The notes under the pieces were generated by a model. That model searched no databases and was not told the DNA's origin. It saw only the letters and a program-made list of their open reading frames with translations. Positions 37,451 to 50,676 of a stretch of DNA of 64,000 bases are shown one piece after another. The translations under genes were made by a program, and so were the position numbers. How positions within the stretch are numbered: position 1 is the first letter of the stretch; each line of letters begins with the position of its first letter. Source of the DNA: Eledone cirrhosa (Eukaryota); assembly GCA_964016885.1 (NCBI GenBank), contig OZ024743.1, positions 133,734,001-133,798,000 of the forward strand, in the 5' to 3' direction.

Positions 37451-40400
37451 GGTGCTTGGTGTTTGGTGCTTGGTACTTGGTGCTTGGTGCTTGGTGTTAG
37501 GTGTTTGGTGCTTGGTGCTTGGTGTTTGGTTTTTGGTGCTTGGTGCTTGGTGTTTGGTGTTTGGTGCTTGCTGCTGGCTGCTTGGTGTTTGGTGCTTGGT
37601 GATTGGTGCTTGGTGTTTGGTGCTTGGTGTTTGGTGTTTGGTACTAGGTGCTTGGTGCTTGGTGTTTGGTGCTTGGTGCTTGGTGTTTGGTGTTTGGTGC
37701 TTGGTGCTTGGTGTTTGGTGCTTGGTGCTGGGTGCTGGGTGGTTGGTGTTTGGTGTTTGGTGTTTGGTGCTGGGTGCTTGGTGTTTGGTGCTTGGTGCTT
37801 GGTCTTTGGTGTTTGGTGTTTGCTGTTTGGTGCTTGGTGCTTGGTGCTTCGTGTTTGGTGCTTGGTGCTTGGTGTTTGGTGCTTGGTGCTTAGTGTTTGG
37901 TGCTAGGTGCTTGGGGTTTGGTGTTTGGTGCTTGGTGCTTGGTGTTTGGTGCTTGGTGCTTGGTGTTTGGTGTTTGGTGCTTGGTGCTTGGTGTTTGGTG
38001 TTTGGTGTTTGCTGTTTGGTGTTTGGTGTTTGGTGTTTGCTGTTTGGTGTCTGCTTTTTGGTGTTTGGTGTTGGCTGTATGTTATTTGCTGTTTGGTGTT
38101 TGGTGTTTGGTGTTTAGTGCTTGGTGCTTGGTGTTTGGTGTTTGGTGCTTGGTGCTTGGAATTTGGTGTTTGGTGCTTGGTGCTTGGTTTTTTGTGTTTG
38201 GTGTTTGGTTTTTGGTGCTTGGTGCTTGGTGCTTATTGCTTGGTCCTTTGTGTTTGGTTCTTGGTGCTTGGTGTTTGTACTTGGTGCTTGGTGCTTGGTG
38301 TTTGGTTCTTGGTTCTTGGTGTTTGGTACTTGGTGCTTGGTGCTTGGTGCTTGGTGTTTGGTGTTTGGTGCTTGGTGTTTGGTGCTTGGTGCTTGGTGCT
38401 TGGTGTTAGGTGTTTGGTGCTTGGTGCTTGGTGTTTGGTGCTTGGTGTTTGGTGTTTGCTGTTTGGTGTTTGGTGCTTGGTGTTTGGTGTTTGCTGTTTG
38501 GTGTCTGCTTTTTGGTGATTGGTGTTTGGTGTATGGTGTTTGCTGTTTCGTGTTTGGTGTTTGCTGTTTGGTGTTTGGTGTTTGCTGTTTGGTGTTTCGT
38601 CTTTGGTGCTTGGTGTTTGGTGCTTGGTGCTTGGTGTTTGGTGTTTGGTGCTTGGTGCTTGGTGCTTGGTGTTTGGTGTTTGGTGCTTGGTGTCTGGAGC
38701 TTGGTGTTTGGTGTTTGGTGCTTGGTGTTTGGTGTTTGGTGCTTGGTGCTTGGTGTTTGGTGCTTGGTGCTTGGTGTTTGTGCTTGGTGCTTGGTGTTTG
38801 GTGTTTGGTGCTTGGTGCTTGGTGCTTGGTGTTTGGTGTTTGGTTCTTGGTGCTTGGTATTTGGTGCTTGGTGCTTGCTGCTTGGTGTTTGGTGCTTGGT
38901 GATTGATGCTTGGTGTTTGATGCTTGGTGCTTGGTGTTTGGTTTTTGGTGCTAGGTGCTTGGTGCTTGGTGTTTGGTGCTAGGTGTTTGGTGTTTGCTGC
39001 TTGGTGCTTGGGGCTTGGTGTTTGGTACTTGGTGCTTGGTGCTTGGTGTTTGGTGCTTGGTGCTTGGTGTATGGTGTTTGGTGTTTGGTGCTTGGTGTTT
39101 GGTGTTTGGTGCTTGGTGCTTGGTGTTTGTTGCTTGGTACTTGGTTCATGGTGTTTGGTGCTGGGTGCTTGGTGTTTGCTGCTTGGTGCTTGGTGTTTGG
39201 TGTTTGGTGCTTGGTGTTTGGTGTTTGGTGCTTGGTGCTTGGTGTTTGTTGCTTGGTACTTGGTGCATGGTGTTTGGTGCTGGGTGCTTGGTGTTTGGTG
39301 CTTGGTGTTTGGTGCTTGGTGCTTGGTGTTTGGTGTTTGGTGTTTGATGCTTGGTGTTTGATGCTTGGTGCTTGGTGCTTGGTGTTTGGTGCTTGGTGTT
39401 TGTACTTGGTGCTTGGTGTTTTGTGCTTGGTTCTTTGTGTTTGGTGTTTGGTGCTTGGTGCTTGGTGTTAGGTGTTTGGTGCTTGGTGCTTGGTGTTTGG
39501 TGTTTGGTCCTTGGTGCTTGGTGTTTAGTGCTTGGTGCTTTGTGTTTGTTGTTTGGTGCTTTCTGCTTGCTGCTTGGCGTTTGGTGCTTGGTGCTTGGTG
39601 CTTGTGGTTTGGTGTTTGGTGCTAGGTGCTTGGTGTTTGGTGTTTGGTGTTTGATTCTTGGTGTTTGGTGCTTGGTGTTTGGTGTTTTGTGCTTGGTGCT
39701 TGGGGCTTGGTGTTTAGTGCTTGGTGCTTGGTGCTTGGTGTTTGGTGCTTGGTGCTTGGTGTTTGGTGTTTGGTGTTTGGTGCTTGGTGCTTGGTGTTTG
39801 GTGCTTGGTGCTTGGTGCTGGGTGGTTGGTATTTGGTGCTTGGTGCTTGGTGTTTGGTGCTTGGTGCTTGGTGCTTGCTGTTTGGTGCTTGGTGCTTGGT
39901 GCTTGGTCTTTGGTGCTTGGTGTTTGGTGCTTGGTGCTTGGTGCTTGGTGTTTGGTGCTTGGTGATTAGTGTTTGGTGCTTGGTGCTTGGGGTTTGGTGT
40001 TTGGTGCTTGGTACTTGGTGTTTGGTGCTTGGTGTTTGGTGTTTGCTGTTTGGTGTTTGGTGTTTGTTGTTTGCTGTTTGCTGTTTGCTTTTTGGTGTTT
40101 GGTGTTTGCTGTATGGTGTTTGCTGTTTGGTGTTTGGTGTTTGCTGTTTGGTGTTTGGTGTTTGCTGTTTGGTCTTTGGTGCTTGGTGTTTGGTGCTTGG
40201 TGCTTGGTGTTTGGTGTTTGGTGCTTGGTGCTTGGTGTTTGGTGTTTGTTGCTTGGTGCTTGGTGCTTGGTGTTTGGTGTTTGGTGTTTGGTGCTTGGTG
40301 TCTGGTGCTTGGTGTTTGGTGTTTGGTGTTTGGTGCTTGGTGTTTGGTGTTTGGTGTTTGGTGCTTGTTGCTTGGTACTTGGTGCTTGGTGTTTGGTGCT

Positions 40401-43400
40401 TGGTGCTTGGTGTTTGGTGCTGGGTGCTTGGTGTTTGGTGCTTGGTGCTTGGTGCTTGGTGTTTGGTGTTTGGTGCTTGGTGCTTGGTGCTTGGTGTTTG
40501 GTGTTTGGTGCTTGGTGTTTTATGCTTGGTGTTTGATGTTTGGTGCTTGGTGCTTGGTGTTTGGTGCTTGGTGCTTGGTGTTTGTACTTGGTGCTTGGTG
40601 CTTGGTTCTTGGTGTTTGGTGCATGGTGCTTGGTGCTTGGTGCTTGGTGTTTGGTGCTTGGTGTTTGGTGCTTGGTGTTTGGTGCTTGGTGCCTGGTGCT
40701 TGGTGCTTGGTGCTTGGTGTTTGGTGCTTGGTGTTTGGTGCTTGGTATTAGGTGTTTGGTGCTTGGTGCTTGGTGTTTGGTGTTTGGTGCTTGGTGTTTG
40801 GTGCTTGGTGCTTGGTTTTTGGTGTTTGGTGCTTGGTGTTTGGTGCTTGGTACTTGGTGCTTGGTGCTTGGTGTTAGGTGTTTGGTGCTTGGTGCTTGGT
40901 GTTTGGTTTTTGGTGCCTGGTGCTTGGTGTTTGGTGTTTGGTGCTTGCTGCTGGCTGCTTGGTGTTTGGTGCTTGGTGATTGGTGCTTGGTGTTTGGTGC
41001 TTGGTGTTTGGTGTTTGGTACTAGGTGCTTGGTGCTTGGTGTTTGGTGCTTGGTGCTTGGTGTTTGGTGTTTGGTGCTTGGTGCTTGGTGTTTGGTGCTT
41101 GGTGCTGGGTGCTGGGTGGTTGGTGTTTGGTGTTTGGTGTTAGGTGCTGGGTGCTTGGTGTTTGGTGCTTGGTGCTTGGTCTTTGGTGTTTGGTGTTTGG
41201 TGTTTGGTTCTTGGTGTTTGGTGCTTGGTGCTTGGTGTTTGGTGTTTGGTGCTTGGTGTTTGGTGCTTGGTACTTGGTGCTTGGTGCTTGGTGTTAGGTG
41301 TTTGGTGCTTGGTGCTTGGTGTTTGGTTTTTGGTGCTTGGTGCTTGGTGTTTGGTGTTTGGTGCTTGCTGCTGGCTGCTTGCTGTTTGGTGCTTGGTGCT
41401 TGGTGCTTCGTGTTTGGTGCTTGGTGCTTGGTGTTTGGTGCTTGGTGCTTAGTGTTTGGTGCTAGGTGCTTGGGGTTTGGTGTTTGGTGCTTGGTGCTTG
41501 GTGTTTGGTGCTTGGTGCTTGGTGTTTGGTGTTTGGTGCTTGGTGCTTGGTGTTTGGTGTTTGGTGTTTGCTGTTTGGTGTTTGGTGTTTGGTGTTTGCT
41601 GTTTGGTGTCTGCTTTTTGGTGTTTGGTGTTGGCTGTATGTTATTTGCTGTTTGGTGTTTGGTGTTTGGTGTTTAGTGCTTGGTGCTTGGTGTTTGGTGT
41701 TTGGTGCTTGGTGCTTGGAATTTGGTGTTTGGTGCTTGGTGCTTGGTGTTTTGTGTTTGGTGTTTGGTTTTTGGTGCTTGGTGCTTGGTGCTTGTTGCTT
41801 GGTCCTTTGTGTTTGGTTCTTGGTGCTTGGTGTTTGTACTTGGTGCTTGGTGCTTGGTGTTTGGTTCTTGGTTCTTGGTGTTTGGTACTTGGTGCTTGGT
41901 GCTTGGTGCTTGGTGTTTGGTGTTTGGTGCTTGGTGTTTGGTGCTTGGTGCTTGGTGCTTGGTGTTAGGTGTTTGGTGCTTGGTGCTTGGTGTTTGGTGC
42001 TTGGTGTTTGGTGTTTGCTGTTTGCTGTTTGGTGCTTGGTGTTTGGTGTTTGCTGTTTGGTGTCTGCTTTTTGGTGATTGGTGTTTGGTGTATGGTGTTT
42101 GCTGTTTCGTGTTTGGTGTTTGCTGTTTGGTGTTTGGTGTTTGCTGTTTGGTGTTTGGTCTTTGGTGCTTGGTGTTTGGTGCTTTGTGCTTGGTGTTTGG
42201 TGTTTGGTGCTTGGTGCTTGGTGCTTGGTGTTTGGTGTTTGGTGCTTGGTGTCTGGAGCTTGGTGTTTGGTGTTTGGTGCTTGGTGTTTGGTGTTTGGTG
42301 CTTGGTGCTTGGTGTTTGGTGCTTGGTGCTTGGTGTTTGTGCTTGGTGCTTGGTGTTTGGTGTTTGGTGCTTGGTGCTTGGTGCTTGGTGTTTGGTGTTT
42401 GGTGCTTGGTGCTTGGTGTTTGGTGTTTGGTTCTTGGTGCTTGGTATTTGGTGCTTGGTGCTTGCTGCTTGGTGTTTGGTGCTTGGTGATTGATGCTTGG
42501 TGTTTGATGCTTGGTGCTTGGTGTTTGGTTTTTGGTGCTAGGTGCTTGGTGCTTGGTGTTTGGTGCTAGGTGTTTGGTGTTTGCTGCTTGGTGCTTGGGG
42601 CTTGGTGTTTGGTACTTGGTGCTTGGTGCTTGGTGTTTGGTGCTTGGTGCTTGGTGTATGGTGTTTGGTGTTTGGTGCTTGGTGTTTGGTGTTTGGTGCT
42701 TGGTGCTTGGTGTTTGTTGCTTGGTACTTGGTTCATGGTGTTTGGTGCTGGGTGCTTGGTGTTTGCTGCTTGGTGCTTGGTGTTTGGTGTTTGGTGCTTG
42801 GTGTTTGGTGTTTGGTGCTTGGTGCTTGGTGTTTGTTGCTTGGTACTTGGTGCATGGTGTTTGGTGCTGGGTGCTTGGTGTTTGGTGCTTGGTGTTTGGT
42901 GCTTGGTGCTTGGTGTTTGGTGTTTGGTGTTTGATGCTTGGTGTTTGATGCTTGGTGCTTGGTGCTTGGTGTTTGGTGCTTGGTGTTTGTACTTGGTGCT
43001 TGGTGTTTTGTGCTTGGTTCTTTGTGTTTGGTGTTTGGTGCTTGGTGCTTGGTGTTAGGTGTTTGGTGCTTGGTGCTTGGTGTTTGGTGTTTGGTCCTTG
43101 GTGCTTGGTGTTTAGTGCTTGGTGCTTTGTGTTTGTTGTTTGGTGCTTTCTGCTTGCTGCTTGGCGTTTGGTGCTTGGTGCTTGGTGCTTGTGGTTTGGT
43201 GTTTGGTGCTAGGTGCTTGGTGTTTGGTGTTTGGTGTTTGATTCTTGGTGTTTGGTGCTTGGTGTTTGGTGTTTTGTGCTTGGTGCTTGGGGCTTGGTGT
43301 TTAGTGCTTGGTGCTTGGTGCTTGGTGTTTGGTGCTTGGTGCTTGGTGTTTGGTGTTTGGTGTTTGGTGCTTGGTGCTTGGTGTTTGGTGCTTGGTGCTT

Positions 43401-46400
43401 GGTGCTGGGTGGTTGGTATTTGGTGCTTGGTGCTTGGTGTTTGGTGCTTGGTGCTTGGTGCTTGCTGTTTGGTGCTTGGTGCTTGGTGCTTGGTCTTTGG
43501 TGCTTGGTGTTTGGTGCTTGGTGCTTGGTGCTTGGTGTTTGGTGCTTGGTGATTAGTGTTTGGTGCTTGGTGCTTGGGGTTTGGTGTTTGGTGCTTGGTA
43601 CTTGGTGTTTGGTGCTTGGTGTTTGGTGTTTGCTGTTTGGTGTTTGGTGTTTGTTGTTTGCTGTTTGCTGTTTGCTTTTTGGTGTTTGGTGTTTGCTGTA
43701 TGGTGTTTGCTGTTTGGTGTTTGGTGTTTGCTGTTTGGTGTTTGGTGTTTGCTGTTTGGTCTTTGGTGCTTGGTGTTTGGTGCTTGGTGCTTGGTGTTTG
43801 GTGTTTGGTGCTTGGTGCTTGGTGTTTGGTGTTTGTTGCTTGGTGCTTGGTGCTTGGTGTTTGGTGTTTGGTGTTTGGTGCTTGGTGTCTGGTGCTTGGT
43901 GTTTGGTGTTTGGTGTTTGGTGCTTGGTGTTTGGTGTTTGGTGTTTGGTGCTTGGTGTTTGGTGTTTGGTGTTTGGTGTTTGGTGCTTGTTGATTGGTGC
44001 TTGGTGCTTGGTGTTTGGTTCTTGGTTCTTGGTGTTTGGTACTTGGTGCTTGGTGTTTGGTGCTGGGTGCTTGGTGTTTGGTGCTTGGTACTTGGTGCTT
44101 GGTGCTTGGTGTTAGGTGTTTGGTGCTTGGTGCTTGGTGTTTGGTTTTTGGTGCTTGGTGCTTGGTGTTTGGTGTTTGGTGCTTGCTGCTGGCTGCTTGG
44201 TGTTTGGTGCTTGGTGATTGGTGCTTGGTGTTTGGTGCTTGGTGTTTGGTGTTTGGTACTAGGTGCTTGGTGCTTGGTGTTTGGTGCTTGGTGCTTGGTG
44301 TTTGGTGTTTGGTGCTTGGTGCTTGGTGTTTGGTGCTTGGTGCTGGGTGCTGGGTGGTTGGTGTTTGGTGTTTGGTGTTTGGTGCTGGGTGCTTGGTGTT
44401 TGGTGCTTGGTGCTTGGTCTTTGGTGTTTGGTGTTTGCTGTTTGGTGCTTGGTGCTTGGTGCTTCGTGTTTGGTGCTTGGTGCTTGGTGTTTGGTGCTTG
44501 GTGCTTAGTGTTTGGTGCTAGGTGCTTGGGGTTTGGTGTTTGGTGCTTGGTGCTTGGTGTTTGGTGCTTGGTGCTTGGTGTTTGGTGTTTGGTGCTTGGT
44601 GCTTGGTGTTTGGTGTTTGGTGTTTGCTGTTTGGTGTTTGGTGTTTGGTGTTTGCTGTTTGGTGTCTGCTTTTTGGTGTTTGGTGTTGGCTGTATGTTAT
44701 TTGCTGTTTGGTGTTTGGTGTTTGGTGTTTAGTGCTTGGTGCTTGGTGTTTGGTGTTTGGTGCTTGGTGCTTGGAATTTGGTGTTTGGTGCTTGGTGCTT
44801 GGTTTTTTGTGTTTGGTGTTTGGTTTTTGGTGCTTGGTGCTTGGTGCTTATTGCTTGGTCCTTTGTGTTTGGTTCTTGGTGCTTGGTGTTTGTACTTGGT
44901 GCTTGGTGCTTGGTGTTTGGTTCTTGGTTCTTGGTGTTTGGTACTTGGTGCTTGGTGCTTGGTGCTTGGTGTTTGGTGTTTGGTGCTTGGTGTTTGGTGC
45001 TTGGTGCTTGGTGCTTGGTGTTAGGTGTTTGGTGCTTGGTGCTTGGTGTTTGGTGCTTGGTGTTTGGTGTTTGCTGTTTGGTGTTTGGTGCTTGGTGTTT
45101 GGTGTTTGCTGTTTGGTGTCTGCTTTTTGGTGATTGGTGTTTGGTGTATGGTGTTTGCTGTTTCGTGTTTGGTGTTTGCTGTTTGGTGTTTGGTGTTTGC
45201 TGTTTGGTGTTTCGTCTTTGGTGCTTGGTGTTTGGTGCTTGGTGCTTGGTGTTTGGTGTTTGGTGCTTGGTGCTTGGTGCTTGGTGTTTGGTGTTTGGTG
45301 CTTGGTGTCTGGAGCTTGGTGTTTGGTGTTTGGTGCTTGGTGTTTGGTGTTTGGTGCTTGGTGCTTGGTGTTTGGTGCTTGGTGCTTGGTGTTTGTGCTT
45401 GGTGCTTGGTGTTTGGTGTTTGGTGCTTGGTGCTTGGTGCTTGGTGTTTGGTGTTTGGTTCTTGGTGCTTGGTATTTGGTGCTTGGTGCTTGCTGCTTGG
45501 TGTTTGGTGCTTGGTGATTGATGCTTGGTGTTTGATGCTTGGTGCTTGGTGTTTGGTTTTTGGTGCTAGGTGCTTGGTGCTTGGTGTTTGGTGCTAGGTG
45601 TTTGGTGTTTGCTGCTTGGTGCTTGGGGCTTGGTGTTTGGTACTTGGTGCTTGGTGCTTGGTGTTTGGTGCTTGGTGCTTGGTGTATGGTGTTTGGTGTT
45701 TGGTGCTTGGTGTTTGGTGTTTGGTGCTTGGTGCTTGGTGTTTGTTGCTTGGTACTTGGTTCATGGTGTTTGGTGCTGGGTGCTTGGTGTTTGCTGCTTG
45801 GTGCTTGGTGTTTGGTGTTTGGTGCTTGGTGTTTGGGGTTTGGTGCTTGGTGCTTGGTGTTTGTTGCTTGGTACTTGGTGCATGGTGTTTGGTGCTGGGT
45901 GCTTGGTGTTTGGTGCTTGGTGTTTGGTGCTTGGTGCTTGGTGTTTGGTGTTTGGTGTTTGATGCTTGGTGTTTGATGCTTGGTGCTTGGTGCTTGGTGT
46001 TTGGTGCTTGGTGTTTGTACTTGGTGCTTGGTGTTTTGTGCTTGGTTCTTTGTGTTTGGTGTTTGGTGCTTGGTGCTTGGTGTTAGGTGTTTGGTGCTTG
46101 GTGCTTGGTGTTTGGTGTTTGGTCCTTGGTGCTTGGTGTTTAGTGCTTGGTGCTTTGTGTTTGTTGTTTGGTGCTTTCTGCTTGCTGCTTGGCGTTTGGT
46201 GCTTGGTGCTTGGTGCTTGTGGTTTGGTGTTTGGTGCTAGGTGCTTGGTGTTTGGTGTTTGGTGTTTGATTCTTGGTGTTTGGTGCTTGGTGTTTGGTGT
46301 TTTGTGCTTGGTGCTTGGGGCTTGGTGTTTAGTGCTTGGTGCTTGGTGCTTGGTGTTTGGTGCTTGGTGCTTGGTGTTTGGTGTTTGGTGTTTGGTGCTT

Positions 46401-49400
46401 GGTGCTTGGTGTTTGGTGCTTGGTGCTTGGTGCTGGGTGGTTGGTATTTGGTGCTTGGTGCTTGGTGTTTGGTGCTTGGTGCTTGGTGCTTGCTGTTTGG
46501 TGCTTGGTGCTTGGTGCTTGGTCTTTGGTGCTTGGTGTTTGGTGCTTGGTGCTTGGTGCTTGGTGTTTGGTGCTTGGTGATTAGTGTTTGGTGCTTGGTG
46601 CTTGGGGTTTGGTGTTTGGTGCTTGGTACTTGGTGTTTGGTGCTTGGTGTTTGGTGTTTGCTGTTTGGTGTTTGGTGTTTGTTGTTTGCTGTTTGCTGTT
46701 TGCTTTTTGGTGTTTGGTGTTTGCTGTATGGTGTTTGCTGTTTGGTGTTTGGTGTTTGCTGTTTGGTGTTTGGTGTTTGCTGTTTGGTCTTTGGTGCTTG
46801 GTGTTTGGTGCTTGGTGCTTGGTGTTTGGTGTTTGGTGCTTGGTGCTTGGTGTTTGGTGTTTGTTGCTTGGTGCTTGGTGCTTGGTGTTTGGTGTTTGGT
46901 GTTTGGTGCTTGGTGTCTGGTGCTTGGTGTTTGGTGTTTGGTGTTTGGTGCTTGGTGTTTGGTGTTTGGTGTTTGGTGCTTGTTGCTTGGTACTTGGTGC
47001 TTGGTGTTTGGTGCTTGGTGCTTGGTGTTTGGTGCTGGGTGCTTGGTGTTTGGTGCTTGGTGCTTGGTGCTTGGTGTTTGGTGTTTGGTGCTTGGTGCTT
47101 GGTGCTTGGTGTTTGGTGTTTGGTGCTTGGTGTTTTATGCTTGGTGTTTGATGTTTGGTGCTTGGTGCTTGGTGTTTGGTGCTTGGTGCTTGGTGTTTGT
47201 ACTTGGTGCTTGGTGCTTGGTTCTTGGTGTTTGGTGCTTGGTGCTTGGTGCTTGGTGCTTGGTGTTTGGTGCTTGGTGTTTGGTGCTTGGTGTTTGGTGC
47301 TTGGTGCCTGGTGCTTGGTGCTTGGTGCTTGGTGTTTGGTGCTTGGTGTTTGGTGCTTGGTATTAGGTGTTTGGTGCTTGGTGCTTGGTGTTTGGTGTTT
47401 GGTGCTTGGTGTTTGGTGCTTGGTGCTTGGTTTTTGGTGTTTGGTGCTTGGTGTTTGGTGCTTGGTACTTGGTGCTTGGTGCTTGGTGTTAGGTGTTTGG
47501 TGCTTGGTGCTTGGTGTTTGGTTTTTGGTGCCTGGTGCTTGGTGTTTGGTGTTTGGTGCTTGCTGCTGGCTGCTTGGTGTTTGGTGCTTGGTGATTGGTG
47601 CTTGGTGTTTGGTGCTTGGTGTTTGGTGTTTGGTACTAGGTGCTTGGTGCTTGGTGTTTGGTGCTTGGTGCTTGGTGTTTGGTGTTTGGTGCTTGGTGCT
47701 TGGTGTTTGGTGCTTGGTGCTGGGTGCTGGGTGGTTGGTGTTTGGTGTTTGGTGTTAGGTGCTGGGTGCTTGGTGTTTGGTGCTTGGTGCTTGGTCTTTG
47801 GTGTTTGGTGTTTGGTGTTTGGTTCTTGGTGTTTGGTGCTTGGTGCTTGGTGTTTGGTGTTTGGTGCTTGGTGTTTGGTGCTTGGTACTTGGTGCTTGGT
47901 GCTTGGTGTTAGGTGTTTGGTGCTTGGTGCTTGGTGTTTGGTTTTTGGTGCTTGGTGCTTGGTGTTTGGTGTTTGGTGCTTGCTGCTGGCTGCTTGCTGT
48001 TTGGTGCTTGGTGCTTGGTGCTTCGTGTTTGGTGCTTGGTGCTTGGTGTTTGGTGCTTGGTGCTTAGTTTTTGGTGCTAGGTGCTTGGGGTTTGGTGTTT
48101 GGTGCTTGGTGCTTGGTGTTTGGTGCTTGGTGCTTGGTGTTTGGTGTTTGGTGCTTGGTGCTTGGTGTTTGGTGTTTGGTGTTTGCTGTTTGGTGTTTGG
48201 TGTTTGGTGTTTGCTGTTTGGTGTCTGCTTTTTGGTGTTTGGTGTTGGCTGTATGTTATTTGCTGTTTGGTGTTTGGTGTTTGGTGTTTAGTGCTTGGTG
48301 CTTGGTGTTTGGTGTTTGGTGCTTGGTGCTTGGAATTTGGTGTTTGGTGCTTGGTGCTTGGTGTTTTGTGTTTGGTGTTTGGTTTTTGGTGCTTGGTGCT
48401 TGGTGCTTGTTGCTTGGTCCTTTGTGTTTGGTTCTTGGTGCTTGGTGTTTGTACTTGGTGCTTGGTGCTTGGTGTTTGGTTCTTGGTTCTTGGTGTTTGG
48501 TACTTGGTGCTTGGTGCTTGGTGATTGGTGTTTGGTGTTTGGTGCTTGGTGTTTGGTGCTTGGTGCTTGGTGCTTGGTGTTAGGTGTTTGGTGCTTGGTG
48601 CTTGGTGTTTGGTGCTTGGTGTTTGGTGTTTGCTGTTTGGTGTTTGGTGCTTGGTGTTTGGTGTTTGCTGTTTGGTGTCTGCTTTTTGGTGATTGGTGTT
48701 TGGTGTATGGTGTTTGCTGTTTCGTGTTTGGTGTTTGCTGTTTGGTGTTTGGTGTTTGCTGTTTGGTGTTTGGTCTTTGGTGCTTGGTGTTTGGTGCTTG
48801 GTGCTTGGTGTTTGGTGTTTGGTGCTTGGTGCTTGGTGCTTGGTGTTTGGTGTTTGGTGCTTGGTGTCTGGAGCTTGGTGTTTGGTGTTTGGTGCTTGGT
48901 GTTTGGTGTTTGGTGCTTGGTGCTTGGTGTTTGGTGCTTGGTGCTTGGTGTTTGTGCTTGGTGCTTGGTGTTTGGTGTTTGGTGCTTGGTGCTTGGTGCT
49001 TGGTGTTTGGTGTTTGGTGCTTGGTGCTTGGTGTTTGGTGTTTGGTTCTTGGTGCTTGGTATTTGGTGCTTGGTGCTTGCTGCTTGGTGTTTGGTGCTTG
49101 GTGATTGATGCTTGGTGTTTGATGCTTGGTGCTTGGTGTTTGGTTTTTGGTGCTAGGTGCTTGGTGCTTGGTGTTTGGTGCTAGGTGTTTGGTGTTTGCT
49201 GCTTGGTGCTTGGGGCTTGGTGTTTGGTACTTGGTGCTTGGTGCTTGGTGTTTGGTGCTTGGTGCTTGGTGTATGGTGTTTGGTGTTTGGTGCTTGGTGT
49301 TTGGTGTTTGGTGCTTGGTGCTTGGTGTTTGTTGCTTGGTACTTGGTTCATGGTGTTTGGTGCTGGGTGCTTGGTGTTTGCTGCTTGGTGCTTGGTGTTT

Positions 49401-50676
49401 GGTGTTTGGTGCTTGGTGTTTGGTGTTTGGTGCTTGGTGCTTGGTGTTTGTTGCTTGGTACTTGGTGCATGGTGTTTGGTGCTGGGTGCTTGGTGTTTGG
49501 TGCTTGGTGTTTGGTGCTTGGTGCTTGGTGTTTGGTGTTTGGTGTTTGATGCTTGGTGTTTGATGCTTGGTGCTTGGTGCTTGGTGTTTGGTGCTTGGTG
49601 TTTGTACTTGGTGCTTGGTGTTTTGTGCTTGGTTCTTTGTGTTTGGTGTTTGGTGCTTGGTGCTTGGTGTTAGGTGTTTGGTGCTTGGTGCTTGGTGTTT
49701 GGTGTTTGGTCCTTGGTGCTTGGTGTTTAGTGCTTGGTGCTTTGTGTTTGTTGTTTGGTGCTTTCTGCTTGCTGCTTGGCGTTTGGTGCTTGGTGCTTGG
49801 TGCTTGTGGTTTGGTGTTTGGTGCTAGGTGCTTGGTGTTTGGTGTTTGGTGTTTGATTCTTGGTGTTTGGTGCTTGGTGTTTGGTGTTTTGTGCTTGGTG
49901 CTTGGGGCTTGGTGTTTAGTGCTTGGTGCTTGGTGCTTGGTGTTTGGTGCTTGGTGCTTGGTGTTTGGTGTTTGGTGTTTGGTGCTTGGTGCTTGGTGTT
50001 TGGTGCTTGGTGCTTGGTGCTGGGTGGTTGGTATTTGGTGCTTGGTGCTTGGTGTTTGGTGCTTGGTGCTTGGTGCTTGCTGTTTGGTGCTTGGTGCTTG
50101 GTGCTTGGTCTTTGGTGCTTGGTGTTTGGTGCTTGGTGCTTGGTGCTTGGTGTTTGGTGCTTGGTGATTAGTGTTTGGTGCTTGGTGCTTGGGGTTTGGT
50201 GTTTGGTGCTTGGTACTTGGTGTTTGGTGCTTGGTGTTTGGTGTTTGCTGTTTGGTGTTTGGTGTTTGTTGTTTGCTGTTTGCTGTTTGCTTTTTGGTGT
50301 TTGGTGTTTGCTGTATGGTGTTTGCTGTTTGGTGTTTGGTGTTTGCTGTTTGGTGTTTGGTGTTTGCTGTTTGGTCTTTGGTGCTTGGTGTTTGGTGCTT
50401 GGTGCTTGGTGTTTGGTGTTTGGTGCTTGGTGCTTGGTGTTTGGTGTTTGTTGCTTGGTGCTTGGTGCTTGGTGTTTGGTGTTTGGTGTTTGGTGCTTGG
50501 TGTCTGGTGCTTGGTGTTTGGTGTTTGGTGTTTGGTGCTTGGTGTTTGGTGTTTGGTGTTTGGTGTTTGGTGCTTGTTGATTGGTGCTTGGTGCTTGGTG
50601 TTTGGTTCTTGGTTCTTGGTGTTTGGTACTTGGTGCTTGGTGTTTGGTGCTGGGTGCTTGGTGTTTGGTGCTTGGT
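37451..50676. repeat. Higher-order tandem duplication, period 6615 bp (2 copies), each a dimer of related subunits (ABAB, marker spacings 3587/3028/3587)
   Basis: ORF offsets are +6615 (37648/44263, 39626/46241, 41456/48071, 43556/50171). The same ORF appears at 39351, 42938, 45966 and 49553. The private variant TTGGAAT appears four times (~38156, ~41715, ~44771, ~48330). Confidence 0.95.
41197..41378. repeat. 182-bp (26-monomer) in-register insertion in subunit B, also at 47812-47993, identical by eye to 52197-52378
   Basis: It is absent between the same flanks in subunit A (~37820, ~44435). Positions 41190-41381 read identically to 52190-52381, including the TTGGTTC variant. Confidence 0.85.
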
